64,000 nucleotides of DNA from Mobula hypostoma (Eukaryota). Within the stretch, counting starts at the first letter, position 1, and every line of letters begins with the position of its first letter. The translations under genes were made by a program, and so were the position numbers. This document shows positions 49,602 to 62,759 of the stretch, one piece after another. The stretch spans positions 191,892,001 through 191,956,000 of the forward strand of contig NC_086097.1 in assembly GCF_963921235.1 (NCBI RefSeq), given 5' to 3'. Below the pieces are notes generated by a model. That model saw only the letters and a list, made by a program, of their open reading frames with translations, searched no databases and had not been told where the DNA came from.

Positions 49602-52477
49602 GAAACATAGAAACATAGAAAATAGGTGCAGGAGTAGGCCATTCAGCCCTTCGAGCCTGCACTGCCATTCAGTACGATCATGGCTGATCATCCAACTCAG
49701 AACCCTGTACCTGCCTTCTCTCCATACCCCCTGATCCCTTTAGCCACGAGGGCCATATATAACTCCCTCTTAAATATAGCCAATGAACTGGCCTCAACTG
49801 TTTCCTGTGGCAGAGAATTCCACAGATTCACCACTTTCTGTGTGAAGAAATTTTTCCTCATCTCGGTCCTAAAAGGCTTCCCCTTTATCCTCAAACTGTG
49901 ACCTCTTGTTCTGGACTTCCCAAACATCGGGAACAATTTTCCTGCAACTAGCCTGTCCAATCCCTTTAGAATTTTATACGTTTCAATCAGACCCCCCCCT
50001 CAGTCTTCTAAATTCCAGCGAGTATAAGCCTAGTCGATCCAATCTTTCATCATATGAAAGTCCTACCATCCCAGGAATCAATCTGGTGAACCTTCTTTGT
50101 ACTCCCTCTACGGCAAGAATGTCTTTCCTCAGATTAGGGGACCAAAACTGCACACAATACTCCAGGTGTGGTCTCACCAAGGCCTTGTACAACTGCAGTA
50201 GTACCTTCCTGCTCCTGTACTCGAATCCTCTTGCTATGAATGCCAGCATACCATTCGCCTTTTTCACTGCCTGCTGTACCTGCATGCCCACTTTCAATGA
50301 CTGGTGTACAATGACACCCAGGTCTCGTTGCACCTCCCCTTTTCCTAATTGGCCACCATTCAGATAATAATCTGTTTTCCTGTTCTTGCCACCAAAGTGG
50401 ATAACCTCACATTTATCCACATTAAATTGCATCTGCCATGAATTTGCCCACTCACCTAACCTATCCAAGTCACCCTGCATCCTCTTAGCATCCTCCTCAC
50501 AGCTAACACTGCTGCCCAGCTTCGTGTCATCCGCAAACTTGGAGATGCTGCATTTAATTCCCTCGTCTAGGTCATTAATATATATTGTAAACAACTGGGG
50601 TCCCAGCACTGAGCCTTGCGGTACCCCACCAGTCACTGCCTGCCATTCTGAAAAGGTCCCGTTTATTCCCACTCTTTGCTTCCTGTCTGCCAACCAATTC
50701 CCTATCCACATCAATACCATACCCCCAATACTGTGTGCTTTAAGCTTGCACACTAATCTCCTGTGTGGGACCTTGTCAAAAGCCTTTTGAAAATCCAAAT
50801 ATACTACATCCACTGGTTCTCCCCTATACACTCTACTAGTTACATCCTCAAAAAATTCTATGAGATTCGTCAGACATGATTTTCCTTTCACAAATCCATG
50901 CTGACTTTGTCCGATGATTTCACCGCTTTCCAAATGTGCTGTTATCACATCTTTGATAACTGACTCCAGCAGTTTCCCCACCACCGACGTTAGGCTAACC
51001 AGTCTATAATTCCCCAGTTTCTCTCCCCCTCCGTTTTTAAAAAGTAGGGTTACATTAGCCACCCTCCAATCCTCAGGATCCAGAATCTAAAGAGTTTTGA
51101 AAAATTATCACTAATGCATCCACTATCTCTTGGCCTACTTCCTTAAGCACTCTGGGATCGTATAAGATCCTAAAGGGATTGGACAGGCTAGATGCGGGAA
51201 GATTGTTCCCGATGTTGGGGAGGTCCAGAACGAGGGGTCACAGTTTGAGGATAGAGGGGAAGCCTTTTAGGACCGCGATTAGGAAAAACTTCTTCACACA
51301 GAGAGTGGTGAATCTGTGGAATTCTCTGCCACAGCAAACTGTTGAGGCCAGTTCATTAGCTATGTTTAAAAGGAAGTTAGATATGGCCCTTGTGGCTACA
51401 GGGGTCAGGGGGTATGGAGGGAAGGCTGGGTTCTGAGTTGGATGATCAGCCATGATCATAATAAATGGCGGTGCAGGCTCGAAGGGCCGAATGGCCTACT
51501 CCTGCACCTATTTTCTATGTTTCTATGTTTCTATGGGATGCAGACCATCTGGCCCTGGGGATTTACCTGCCTTTAATCTCTTCAATTTATCTAACACCAC
51601 TTCCCTACTAATATGTATTTCCCTCAGTTCCTCCATCTCACTAGACCCTTTGTCCCCTACTATTTCCGGAAGATTACTTATGTCCTCCTTAGTGAAGACA
51701 GAACCAAAGTAGTTATTCAATTGGTCTGCCATGTCCTTGTTCCCCATGATCAATTCACATGTATCTGACTGTAGGGGACCAACACTTGTCTTAACCAATC
51801 TTTTTCTTTTCACATATCTATAAAAGCTTTTACAGTCAGTTTTTATGTTCCTTGCCAGTTTTCTCTCATAATTTTTTTTCCCTTTCCTAATTAAGCCCCT
51901 TGTCCTCCTCTGCTGGACTCTGAATTTCTCCCAGTCCTCAAGTGTGCCGCTTTTTCTGGCTAATTTTTATGTTTCTTCTTTGGAATTGATACTATCCCTA
52001 ATTTCCCTTGTCAGCCACAGGTGCACTACCTTCCCTGGTTTATTTTTTTTTCCAAACTGGGATGAACAACTGTTGTAGTTCATCCATGCGATCTTTAAAT
52101 GCTTGCCATTGCATAACCACCGTCAACCCTTTAAGTATCATTTGCCAGTCTATCTTAGCTAATTCACATCTCATACCTTCAAAGTTACCCTTCATTAAGT
52201 TCAGAACCTTTGTTACTGAATTAACTGTATCACTCTCCATCCTAGTGAAGAATTCCACCATACTATGGTCACTCTTACCCAAGGGGTCTCGCACGACAAG
52301 ATTGCTAACTAACCCTACCTCATTGCTCAATACCTAGTCTAGAATGGCCTGCTCTCTCGTTGGTTCCTCGACATGTTGGTTCAAAAAACCCTCATCCTCA
52401 GCACCCATACCAAATTGGTTCACCCAGTCTATATGTAGATTGAAGTCACCCAATATAACTGCTGTTCCTCTATTGCA
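49602..52477 (-). mobile_element. CR1 LINE, same subfamily as 17629-20214, split by 51159-51535
   Basis: RT ORF 49983-51062; endonuclease/linker 51523-52330; tail AGAAACAT repeats on +. Confidence 0.96.
51159..51535 (+). mobile_element. CR1 3' fragment inserted antisense into a CR1
   Basis: ORF 51179-51436; (TTTCTATG)3 tail; TGGGAT at 51153-51158 and 51534-51539. Confidence 0.93.
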
Positions 52478-54029
52478 CAGAAGGAGAGCAAATAACTTTG
52501 TTGTTGAATACTCTCAACTTGCCATTTACCTCAGTAAACAAATACAAATTTACCTCCTCTGGAAATTAGTAGAATTCCCTGGGAGGATTTTCAGTGTCAA
52601 GCTTCTGCACAACTGAAGAACTTCCTGTATTGTTAAGAACATCATGTTGAGAGTCCTCAACTAGCTCTGTCTGCAAAATATGTGCAGCTGGGATGATGAT
52701 GTCTCCAGTCTTAGTTGGAATGGATAGGAACATTCTGGATAGTTCTCAGTCATTGAACAACATTCATAAACTTCCAAAAACTATATAAAATAAAACTAAA
52801 CCGAAGTAGTTAGAGATGAAACATTGTTTAAAAGATGTTCAAAGTACTGAAAAATTTTCAATTTCTTCTGGAGACATGCAGCATAAACTGCTTCACATGT
52901 TACAAGCTTTAAAAAAGCTCTTTGGAAAGGTCTTCTAAGAATTTTTTTTTCAAACTCAAACTCTTACCTGACATCTTTCAGTTGTTTCTTGCAAACAAAA
53001 GCAAGGAGATGGAACCCTCCTGCCTCCTTTAACCTGGTGGATATGTCCATGCTGAAGCGCCATTTTGTCTTTCATGCTGGAGTGTGGCATTGTGGTGCAG
53101 CTAGTGCCTCGTGGCAAATCAGTGACAACCACTTCAGCATTCCCATAACTACATATGCTGTCTGTTGTGTGAGATACAGTAATGGCACCAAATGCTGATA
53201 TTTCTCTGCCACATTGGCTGCTTCAGCCTCTCAAGATACTCATTATGCTAAACAGTCAAACACTTCAAAATCTGTTAACAATGTACAGACTAATTTACTT
53301 CCAATTTTCTCATAGAAATACTTGGTAGATGGGTGAATGCAAGACTGGGATGAATCCCAGCAGCTATATATATGCTGATAACAAAAGAACTCTGGTAAAT
53401 AAGGAGTAAATAAGTAGACAGCCAAAGAGAAGGAGGTAGAGAGCAGAGAGAGAGACTTTGGCATTGGAGATTAAATGTGTCAGTCATGCATCATGTTGTT
53501 AGGATATTTCCACCTTTTCTTTCCTATTCAATGGCCACATTTATCATTTGCGATACAGAATTCACAGTAAATTGATGCTAGTTGATACTTTTCCTGTAGG
53601 GAAAAAATATTACAACCAATAGAACAATAGTTTAACAAATGTTAATTTTCCAGTTACATGCAAGGCATTTTGCAAATGTTATTGAGTATTTCCTGAATCA
53701 TGGATAAGTGTAATTCTTTTCTTTTACAATGTTGCATAACAACATTTTATTATGCTGAGCTCAGATTTTTGCACTCCCAACAGAATCCGGGCAAGAGATG
53801 GCTGTCTGCCATGATCAGGCAAACCACAATGCAGTGGTGACTGTCACATTTTGCAAGGTCAGGTTATTTGCATAAATCAGAATAAATGTAACCTTATATA
53901 AATGGTTTATCTAATTTGATGCACAGCAGAAGAAATTTATAATGATAAACACTGGATATCCATACTGGAGTATGTATTCATTCTAACTTAATAAATCTGT
54001 AGGATGAAATTCAAACACTGAATGTAAAA

Positions 54030-54460
54030 CATTATAGCACAGGAACAGGCCATTTAGCCCATGATGTCATGCTGAACTAATTAAGATAATATTGTCTAAT
54101 TACATCAAACCCTCTGCATGCACTTAGTTCATAATCCTCGTTCTCTGCATGTCAGCCCTTTTGCTCATCTATACAAGTCCCATTTGCCTGCACTAGGACT
54201 GTATCTGTTTATGCCTTGCCTATTTAAGTGCTATTCTAAATGCTCTTAAATGTAGTAAATGTACTTGATTCCCCCAAATCCTCTGACAGTACATTCCAGA
54301 TATCAATCACCCTCTGTGTAACAAAGTTAGGTAGACTAGATCTCCTTTAAAATTCCTTCCACTCACCTTAAACCTAGGTCCTCTTGTTTTGTTGATAACC
54401 CCTGCCTCTGGATAAGAGAAATTAAGATTCTGCCCTTCCTATGCTTCTCATAACCTTAGA
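54030..54460 (-). mobile_element. Old CR1 3' end remnants
   Basis: Resembles the reverse-complemented CR1 tails at 4305-4620 and 31590-31900. Confidence 0.55.
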
Positions 54461-54563
54461 TAATTAGATTGTAGAACAGTTCATCTGTATTGCTTTATCT
54501 CTTATTCTGAAATTTGGACTTAGAGATCTAATAATTAGGCAATGCACATAGCCAGTACATATA

Positions 54564-54867
54564 GGCATCTGTTAGTCTTGTGAGACCATGGATTTGCGCC
54601 TTGGAAGGTTTCCAGGGCACAGGCCTGGGCAAAGTTGTATGGAAGACTGGCAGTTGCCCATGCTGCAAGTCTCCCCTCTCCATGCCACTGATGTTGTCCA
54701 AGGGAAGGGCACTAGGGCCGATGCAGCTTGGCACCGGTGTTGTCGCAGAGCAATGGGTGGTTAAGTGCCTTGCTCAGGGACACAAGACACTGCCTCAGCT
54801 GAGGCTCAAACTAGCAACCTTCAGATCACTGGACTGATGCCTTAACCACTTGGCCACGCGCCAACAC
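54564..54867 (-). mobile_element. tRNA-head SINE with an RTE-type tail
   Basis: Minus-strand head GTGGCCAAGTGGTTAAGGC...AGTTTGAGCC; colinear with 62353-62628. Confidence 0.85.
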
Positions 54868-54869
54868 TA

Positions 54870-55975
54870 CATAAGACCATAAGCTATAGCAGCAGAATTG
54901 GTCTATTTGACCATCAGGTCTGCTCCCCCATTTCCTCTTGGCTGATCCATTTCCATCTCAGCCCCAATCTCCTGCCTTCCTGTAATCCTTCATGCCCTGA
55001 CCAATCAAGAGTCTATCTGCCTTAGATATACACAATTACTTAGCTTCCACAGCTGCCTGTGGCAAGGAATTCCACAGATTCACCACTCTATCTAAAGAAA
55101 TTCCTCCTCATCTCTATTCTAAAAGGACACCCCTCTATTCTGAGGTTGTGTCCTCTGGTCTTAGACTCTCTGACCATAGGAAACATCCTCTCCATGTCCA
55201 CTCTATCGAGGCTTTTAACATTTGATAGGTTTCAATAAGGTCACCTCTCATTCTTCTGAATTCCGGTAAGTACATGCCCAGAGCCATCAAACACTCTTCA
55301 TATGACCAGCTTTTCAATCCTGGAATCATTTTCACAAACCTCCTTTGAACTCTCTCCAATGCCAACACATCCTTTCTTAGATAAAGGGCCCAACACTGCG
55401 CACAATACTCCAAGTGAGGCCTCATCAGTGCCTTGTAAAGACTTAACATTACATGTTTGCTTTTATATGCTAGTCCTCTTGAAATGAATGTGAACATCAC
55501 ATTTGCCTTCCTCACTACTGCCTCAACCTGCAACTTAACCTTTAGGAAATCCTGCATGAAGGCTGCCAAGTCCCTTTGCATCCCATTTTTTTTTTTATTT
55601 CTCTCCATTTAGAAACTACTCTACCTTTTTGTTTCATCTACCAACGTGCATGATCATATATTTCTCGACACTGTATTCCATCTGCTATTTCTTTGCCCAT
55701 TCTCCTAATCTGTCTGTCTTTCTGTAACCTCTTTGCTTCCTCAGTAATAACTGCCCCTCCACCTATATTCATATTGTCTGCAAACTTGACCACATCAATT
55801 CCGTTATACAAGTCATTAACATATAACGTAAAAAGAATCGGTCCCAACACAGAGCCCTGTGTTGGATAGAGCTAATATTTTATCCATTCTAGTATCTTTT
55901 CTGTAATATCATGTGCTCTTAGCTTGTTAAGCTGCCTCATATGTCCACCTTGTCAAAGGGCTTCTCTCAAAGCAC
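54870..55975 (-). mobile_element. CR1 RT/3' fragment
   Basis: ORFs 55135-55608 and 55638-55850; tail CATAAGACCATAAG on +. Confidence 0.9.
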
Positions 55976-56838
55976 AAGGCCCAAGGTCTAGATGTAAATT
56001 GCATTTCAGTCAGGACACAGTTTTGTAGACACAGATTTTTCTTCATGGACAAATATTTCATATTTATCTTGAGGCTTTATGAAGACATGAAGAATGTGCC
56101 AGAACTTTTCATTGCTCATAAATTGTTGCATCAGCCTATGTGTGTACAATTTACTGCAAAGAAACTTTTGTTGCTGGCAGAGCTCCATTAAGCAAAGATG
56201 TTTATTGCAGCTGGCTTCTCTTGTGCTGTTGTGTTGTATCCTAATTTACTCAGATGAGACAAGCAGAGAAACAGCAGTCTTATTGTGACTGTTACCTCTC
56301 AACAAAAGCTGCAAGCATGCAGCAATGATATACCACACAACAAGATTATTAAGGATGAGGTCTCAAGGTACTTGGAGGCACGTGATAAAATAAGCCATAG
56401 TCAGCAAGGTTTCCTCAAGGAAAAGTTTTGCCTGACAAATCTGTTGGAATTCTTTGAAGAAATAACAAGCGGGATAGATAAAGGTGATGATATTAAGATA
56501 GGTGGAAGGGCAGGTAACAGTCACAATAGGACTATTGTTTCTCTGCTTGTCTTGTCTACGTGAATTATGATACAACAAAATAGCATGAGAAATCAAATGC
56601 ACTAAACATCTTTGTTTAATGGAACTCTGCCAGCAACAAAAGACTCTTTGGGGTAAATTGTACACAGAGCAATTTATCAGCAACAAAACATGCTGGCACA
56701 TTCTTTATGTTTTTAGAAAGCCTCAAGATAAATGTGAAATATTTGTCCATGAAGAAACAGCTGTGTCTACAAAATGTGTGTCCTGACTGGAATGCAGATC
56801 TAGAGCCTTGTAACGCTTTCAGAGAAGGCTTTTGACAA
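55950..56838. repeat. Inverted duplication: arms 55950-56297 and 56512-56838, 214-bp spacer containing a CR1 piece
   Basis: For example agcagagaaacagcagtcttattgtgactgttacct pairs with aggtaacagtcacaataggactattgtttctctgct; ORFs 56094-56288(+) and 56363-56701(-) share CCWQSSIKQRCL. Confidence 0.9.
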
Positions 56839-57568
56839 AACCTGGGGTGCAAATGGACTTGGGACTCCTTGTGCACAATTCTGTAAAGGTTATTTTACAG
56901 GTTGAGTCTATGGTGAGGAAGGCAAATACAATGTTAGCATTTATTTCAAGAGGACTAAGTATAAAAACAAGGGTGTAACATTGAGACTTTATAAAGAACT
57001 GATGAGGCTTCATTTGGAGTATTCTGAGCAGTTTGGGGCCCCTTATCTTAGAAAGGATGTGCTGGAACTGGAGAGGGTTCAAAGAAGGTTCACGAAAATA
57101 ATTCCAGCATTGAATGGCTTGTCATATGAAGAACGTTTGATGGCTTTGGGCCTGTATTCACTAGTATTCAGAAGAATGAGGGGTGACCTCATTGAAACCT
57201 ATCAAATGGTAAAAGGTGATACAGTAGATGTGGAGAGCATGTTTCTAATGGTGAGAGACTCTAAGACTAGAGGACACAGTATCAGAAAAGAGGGTTTTCC
57301 TTTTAGAACTGAGATGAGCAGGAATTTCTTTAGCCAGAGAATGGTGAATTTATGGAATTCTTTGTCATAAGCAGCTGTGGAGACCCAGTCTTTATGCATA
57401 CTTAAAGCAGGGGTTGATAGATTCTTGATTGGTTAGGGCATGAAAGGATACAGGAATAAGGCAGGAGATTAGAGCGGAGAGGAAAAAGGGATCAGCCATG
57501 AAGAAATGGCTGAGGAGACTCAATGGGCCAAGTTGCCTAATTCTGCTCCTATGTCTTATGGTCTTATG
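56815..57568 (+). mobile_element. CR1 3' fragment
   Basis: ORF 56981-57370; tail CTTATGGTCTTATG. Confidence 0.9.
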
Positions 57569-57669
57569 ATAGTAACTAACCAATAATAAAGGAACAATTA
57601 CCCATACAAGATAAGTCTTGCAAATTAATGATTATGATACCACCTTTTTAAAAATAAATAACTAATCTC

Positions 57670-57855
57670 ATCGGAAAAACAGCACCAAGACAACACTGGA
57701 GGACAGTGCCTTCAAGTGCAGTCGCTGCAGCCGAGACTGTCACTCCTGTGTGGGCCTTTACAGCCACAACAGATGCTGCTCTAACACAGACTGAAGCAAG
57801 ACTTTTCAGTTGCAGATCCATGGTCTCGCGAGACTAACGGATGCCACCACACCAT
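57670..57855 (+). mobile_element. 3' end of an RTE-like LINE
   Basis: C-terminal Cys/His motif FKCSRCSRDCHSCVGLYSHNRCC followed by a short 3' UTR and a (CCA)-type tail. Confidence 0.65.
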
Positions 57856-58419
57856 AATCTTATAGAATAAATGAACATACTTACATCGTGAAGCTGTGTA
57901 TAAGCCCTCAGCCAATAGGAGTCTTTCTACTCATATTACTAACTTCTTGATCTTATCTGTATACTGCAGTAATGCACAAAGTAGATTTCAAGCCTTTTTC
58001 TAAGATTTTCTAAAAGAAAATGAAGGAAGAAATCTCCACAAATACATCCTTATCTAACTCAGGAGAGGCAGTGCTAAATGCTTAACAGGATCTTGAATTT
58101 TAGTGGTTGTTTCATAAGTAGGGTTGAAAATCTGTGTAAAACTATTTTTCCATTATCCCTCTGAGTTAGACAGATTATTTCCCTTCAAAGAAAAGTTCAA
58201 TCTAATGAACAGGTGGGGATAAATCCAAAACCCCACACTCTCTACTGAGTGACAATGTTAATGATTTGTTTCTGGGAAATTTAAAGTCATTGAAACTGGA
58301 ATTCTGGCCTGATGTGCAAAATTAAAAGCTGACCACAAATTATCATCAGCAAAGAAAAACTCAATCAGCAGCACATTTTTCAGCAAATGCAGATTCATTG
58401 TTTTCATTCATTGATTCAT

Positions 58420-59095
58420 TAGGGAATCCTGCAAAGACTCCCAAGTCCCTCTGCACGTCCGATTTATGATTTTTTTTTTCCCTGTAGAATATAGCCCACA
58501 CATTTATTCCTTCTACAAATGTGCATGATCATACATTTCCTTATACTCTATTCCATCTGCCACTTCTTTGCCCATTCTCCTAATCTGTCTAAGTCTTTTT
58601 GCATACCCCCAGCTTCCTCAACACTACCTACCCCTCCACTTATCTTCATATTGTGTGTAAACTTGGCCACATGTCATCAATTCCATATCCAAATCATTGA
58701 CGTGTAACGTGAAAAGAAGGGGTCTCATAAAACCATTAGTCACCAGCAGCCAACCAGAAAAGGCTCCCTTTATTCCCACTCTTTGTCTGCTGCCCATTAG
58801 TAAATATTCCATTCATGCTAATATTTTTTTTCCTGTGATGCCATGGGCTCTTACCTTGTATGGCACCTCATGTGTAGTACTTTGTCGAAGGCTTTCTGAA
58901 AATGCAAGTAAACAACATCCACTGACTGTCTATCCTGCTTCGGCCTGTTGTATTATGTTCCTCCAGGAACCTTGAAACCTCATCCTTAATAATGGACTCC
59001 AACTTCCCAACCACAGAAGTCAGGCTAACTGGCCTATAATTTCCTGTTCTTTTTCTTCCGTTCTTTCTTAAAGAGTGGAGTGACATTTGCAATTG
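58420..59095 (-). mobile_element. Decayed CR1 RT fragment
   Basis: GNYRPVSLTSVVGK (58868-59146); RQRVGIKGAFSGW (58624-58812). Confidence 0.85.
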
Positions 59096-62000
59096 AAGCC
59101 ATTCACTTTTGTGTACTTTTGGAAATGTAACCCCAATTTTGGGCACTGATTAATGTGCAGGCTATCTATTTGATTTGGCCATGTTGGTTGAAAGATAAAT
59201 GCCAGGGCATTGAATAGATTCTTCACCTTCTCATGGAAGTTCAACTAGGTAAAATTCAAGGCTATAGTGGAACACTGCAACATCCACCAAACTTCCTTTG
59301 ACTGCAATTAAATGAAATAACTGCAACAAAGAGCTTAATAAGGTCAATGATCTGTATTTACAAAAAATTACGGAATGAAATCTGCTCCTTTGTCTTATGA
59401 TCTTCTGGTCTAATGGAAACCAGCTATCATTCACAATATATTACTCAGAGCATGTGACATCTAAGTGTTATATTTATATTTCCTCATGGAAGTCTTCCAG
59501 ATAACAAAGACAAATGATTTCTTTTTATTCTTTCTATTTTTGAAGAAAATTGATACATTTGGGCATACAAGGACCAGCAATGCATATGATTGAACCTGTG
59601 CCCATTGACTCCTTACTGTTAATTGTATATTAAAAATATTGTTATGACATTCTTGAAAAATTGTTGGCATGAACACTAATGTAACAACATAAATTATGTT
59701 TCTGTTTTGAGCAGCACAAGAATAGAGGGTTTTGGGTAAAGACTAGGTAGTTCTAAGGTAGGGACATGTTCGGCACAGCATTGTGGGCCGAAGGGCCTGT
59801 ATTGCACTGTAGGTTTTCTATTTTTCTATGTAATAGTGTGGTGTTTATTGTAGCACTAATACAGAGCCAGCAATCAGCAATCTAGGTCAATTTCCACCGT
59901 CAGCTGTTCTCAATTTACATTTCGAAGTTCCTGCCAAATATCCTTGTAATTACCCCTGTCATAATTAAAATATTTTATTGGTTTAAACTCTCACTGTAGG
60001 TGAATTTTGAGATTGCACTACTGTTGATATTGTGCCATGTGCGGTGGATGTGGGTATTTAGGAATATAAGGGTCATCTGCCAGGCAAGTATTATGGCCAT
60101 TTCTATTTACCCTTAAGAAGATAGTGATGTAGTCAGATGTCCTTCGCAAGAATGCTTATGTCATGGTGAACCAAAAAAATGATCAAAAATTTGACTGGAA
60201 TTGCTATACTATAGTTCTGTGAGGAACACTGTGCTGAACTTTTCAAAAAGGCTATAAACTGGATGAAGCAGCTGTAGATGGCAGGACCTAGAACATTATC
60301 TTGAGGAACTCTTATAATAATGTCCTATGGTTACTAACCTCTGACAAATAAAGTAATTTTCCTTTGAGTGAGGTATGACTTCAACTGCTGGAGACTTTTT
60401 CCTCCCAGAGTCCCATTGACCTCAAGTACTGTCAAGCCTCTGGTTGTGATTTGGGAGGTATGTTAAGCATGCTCAACAGTCCTCAGAGAATTGTCAAATT
60501 TAGTCACTAAGTGAAGTTCACAAAATAAACCTGAAGTATCCAAGTAAGAGGTAAAGTTCAGCATTGGTCATTTTACCGAGCTGTGATCAGGACCGTGGCA
60601 CCTATTTAATGTCCAGATTGTCAGGTGTTGTGGAGGTAAGAGCAGGCTGAACTCTAGAAGTCAATCACTGTTTTCTGCTTAGCCAGACATCAACAACATC
60701 CTAAAGGAGAAAGGAATTCCTTTTTGTTACTGGTCCATTGAAAATTCCAGTCAGGTCTCCTCTGCATAAAGCTGCAGTAAAAACAAGTCCTGTCCAACTT
60801 ACTATATATCTGATGTATTAATGACTTTTTTTTAGTGTGGGAAGATGCATAAAATGCATTCTGAAGTACTTTATCCAGTACATTGCAGTATGTGCCCAAA
60901 AAGAGAGTTGTGTTCTTAAGAGGAACCTTTTACCAAATTAAAACAATTGGTAAAAGGATTAAAGTAAGATGAAGAAAATTTTGTTCACTCAGAGAAATTA
61001 ACTCTGTGAAAGATATTACAGGCAAGAACTATTGTTACCTTTAACATGTAACTGCTATACACATGTCATGCTGCAGTCTCTAAAGTTAAGGGCCAACAGC
61101 TGGTGAGAATATAATAGGCTGAATGGCCTAATTCCACACTGTAACTTTCTATGATTCACACTCGGCGATTATAAGCTTCAGGGCAGACATATGCAGAACT
61201 TTAATTTTTATTTCTATTTTCCCTCTGTATTTTATTTGCATTACCTAGCACTCGATTACCATTACCTTGCATTTTAACAATAAAACTCCTCATGATTGTT
61301 GCAATTCCCAGTGTTACTTAAAGAAGGAAGTTCATTTCACATTCCTTAAATGAAACATTTTGTTCATAACTCTGACTTGCACAATAATGCTTGCCTTCAT
61401 GAGTATCCTGGCAAATTTTCGATTATGTAATCAAGTTAGAGACAGAAATAATTTGGAAATAGTTATTCTTTTTCTAGATGATACACTTTCTTAACAGAAA
61501 AAAATATTAAATTTGATTTCCTTGTACAAATATAAAAGTTTTAGTCCTTTCATTCACAGCTGAGAAATGAATGACAATCAGTCTGCCAGTTGATAGCTCT
61601 AAGCTGGGTCATTAAGTCAAAGGTTCCCATACACAGAGGACAAACTGTATCTGTCTACTATTTACAACAGAGTCTGTATCAAGGCTTCTGAAACAATTTT
61701 CTACATAATAGGTGATTTTCAGGCAGACTGATGTCATGTGTTGGATGATTAATGTAACTGTTAAATTTTGCCATGCTGCTTATTTGCTATTACATATCAG
61801 TAGGGGAGAAAACAGAAGTTAGTTGAAATGAGGAACTAACTTTTCAATATGTCAAACATTAGCAAAATAAGTTTATTTCAGTAAGGAGGTAATGGTGATG
61901 TTACTGTAAGCTCCAAAGAACTGAATATTCAAATCATTCTTTTGAAAACTTCAGAAAGATAAGAGAAACACCAATCATATTATCAAACAACTTGTGAAGG

Positions 62001-62352
62001 TACCTGATGCCATTATTTTGAGTGTAAATCTACCAGGGACATTTGTTCTTTATATTATGCATAGTGTCAATTAATTGCAGCGAACAACCATTAACAAGAA
62101 TCTGAAGACATATTCCAAATGTATGGCTAAGCACTAGCAGGTTATCACATACTCTTACAGGTGATACTTTTATCTAACTATGAGTTTTCAAGTGCTAAAT
62201 TATGTGCACTCTATTGCTTTTCTTCATCTTCTTTTACAGTTGATGAAACAGGAAGTATATGGGCAGAAGATGCTGATTAGTGCAGATATAGAGTGTGGGA
62301 AGATAAGATGAAGGTTGCAGCTTGCAGACCGATAGATTTTTACTTAAGTCCT

Positions 62353-62628
62353 GGTGTGGGCATGTGAGGTGGTTAAGGCATTGGACTAGCGACCTGAAGG
62401 TCGTGAGTTCAAGCCCCAGCCAAGGCAACGTGTTGTGTCCTTGAGCAAGGCACTCTGCAACGACACTGGTGCCAAGCTGTATGGGTCCTAATGCCCTTCC
62501 CTTGGACAACATTGGTATCGTGGAGAGGGGAGACTTGCAGCTTCCATACAACCTTGCCCAGGCCCGCGCCCTGGAGAGTGAAGACTTTCCAGGCGCAGAT
62601 CCATGGTCTCGCAAGACTAACGGATGCC
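62353..62628 (+). mobile_element. tRNA-head SINE with an RTE-type tail
   Basis: A-box-like GGTGGTTAAGG and B-box GAGTTCAAGCC; tail shared with 57798-57845. Confidence 0.85.
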
Positions 62629-62629
62629 T

Positions 62630-62759
62630 GAAAGATATCATGCCAATTGAAGGCAGGAGATTGGGGCTGAGAGGAAATTTGGATCAGCCATGATGAGATG
62701 ATGGAGTAGGCTCGGTGGGCCAAATGGCCTAATTCTGCTCCTATATCTTATGGTCTTAC
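62630..62759 (+). mobile_element. CR1 3' tail
   Basis: GGGCCAAATGGCCTAATTCTGCTCCTATATCTTATGGTCTTA. Confidence 0.8.

Noticed and set aside
52554..52671. Exon-like segment on the minus strand (TTTTGCAG...GAG/GTAAAT)
   Set aside because: Stop codons in all three frames and no recognisable protein; a non-coding or terminal exon cannot be excluded
56094..56701. Paralogous Cys-rich peptides CCWQSSIKQRCL
   Set aside because: By-product of the inverted duplication; short, with indels between arms and no splice or family support
62353..62425. tRNA gene
   Set aside because: tRNA-like head continues into a SINE body also present at 54564-54867; no full cloverleaf or terminator seen
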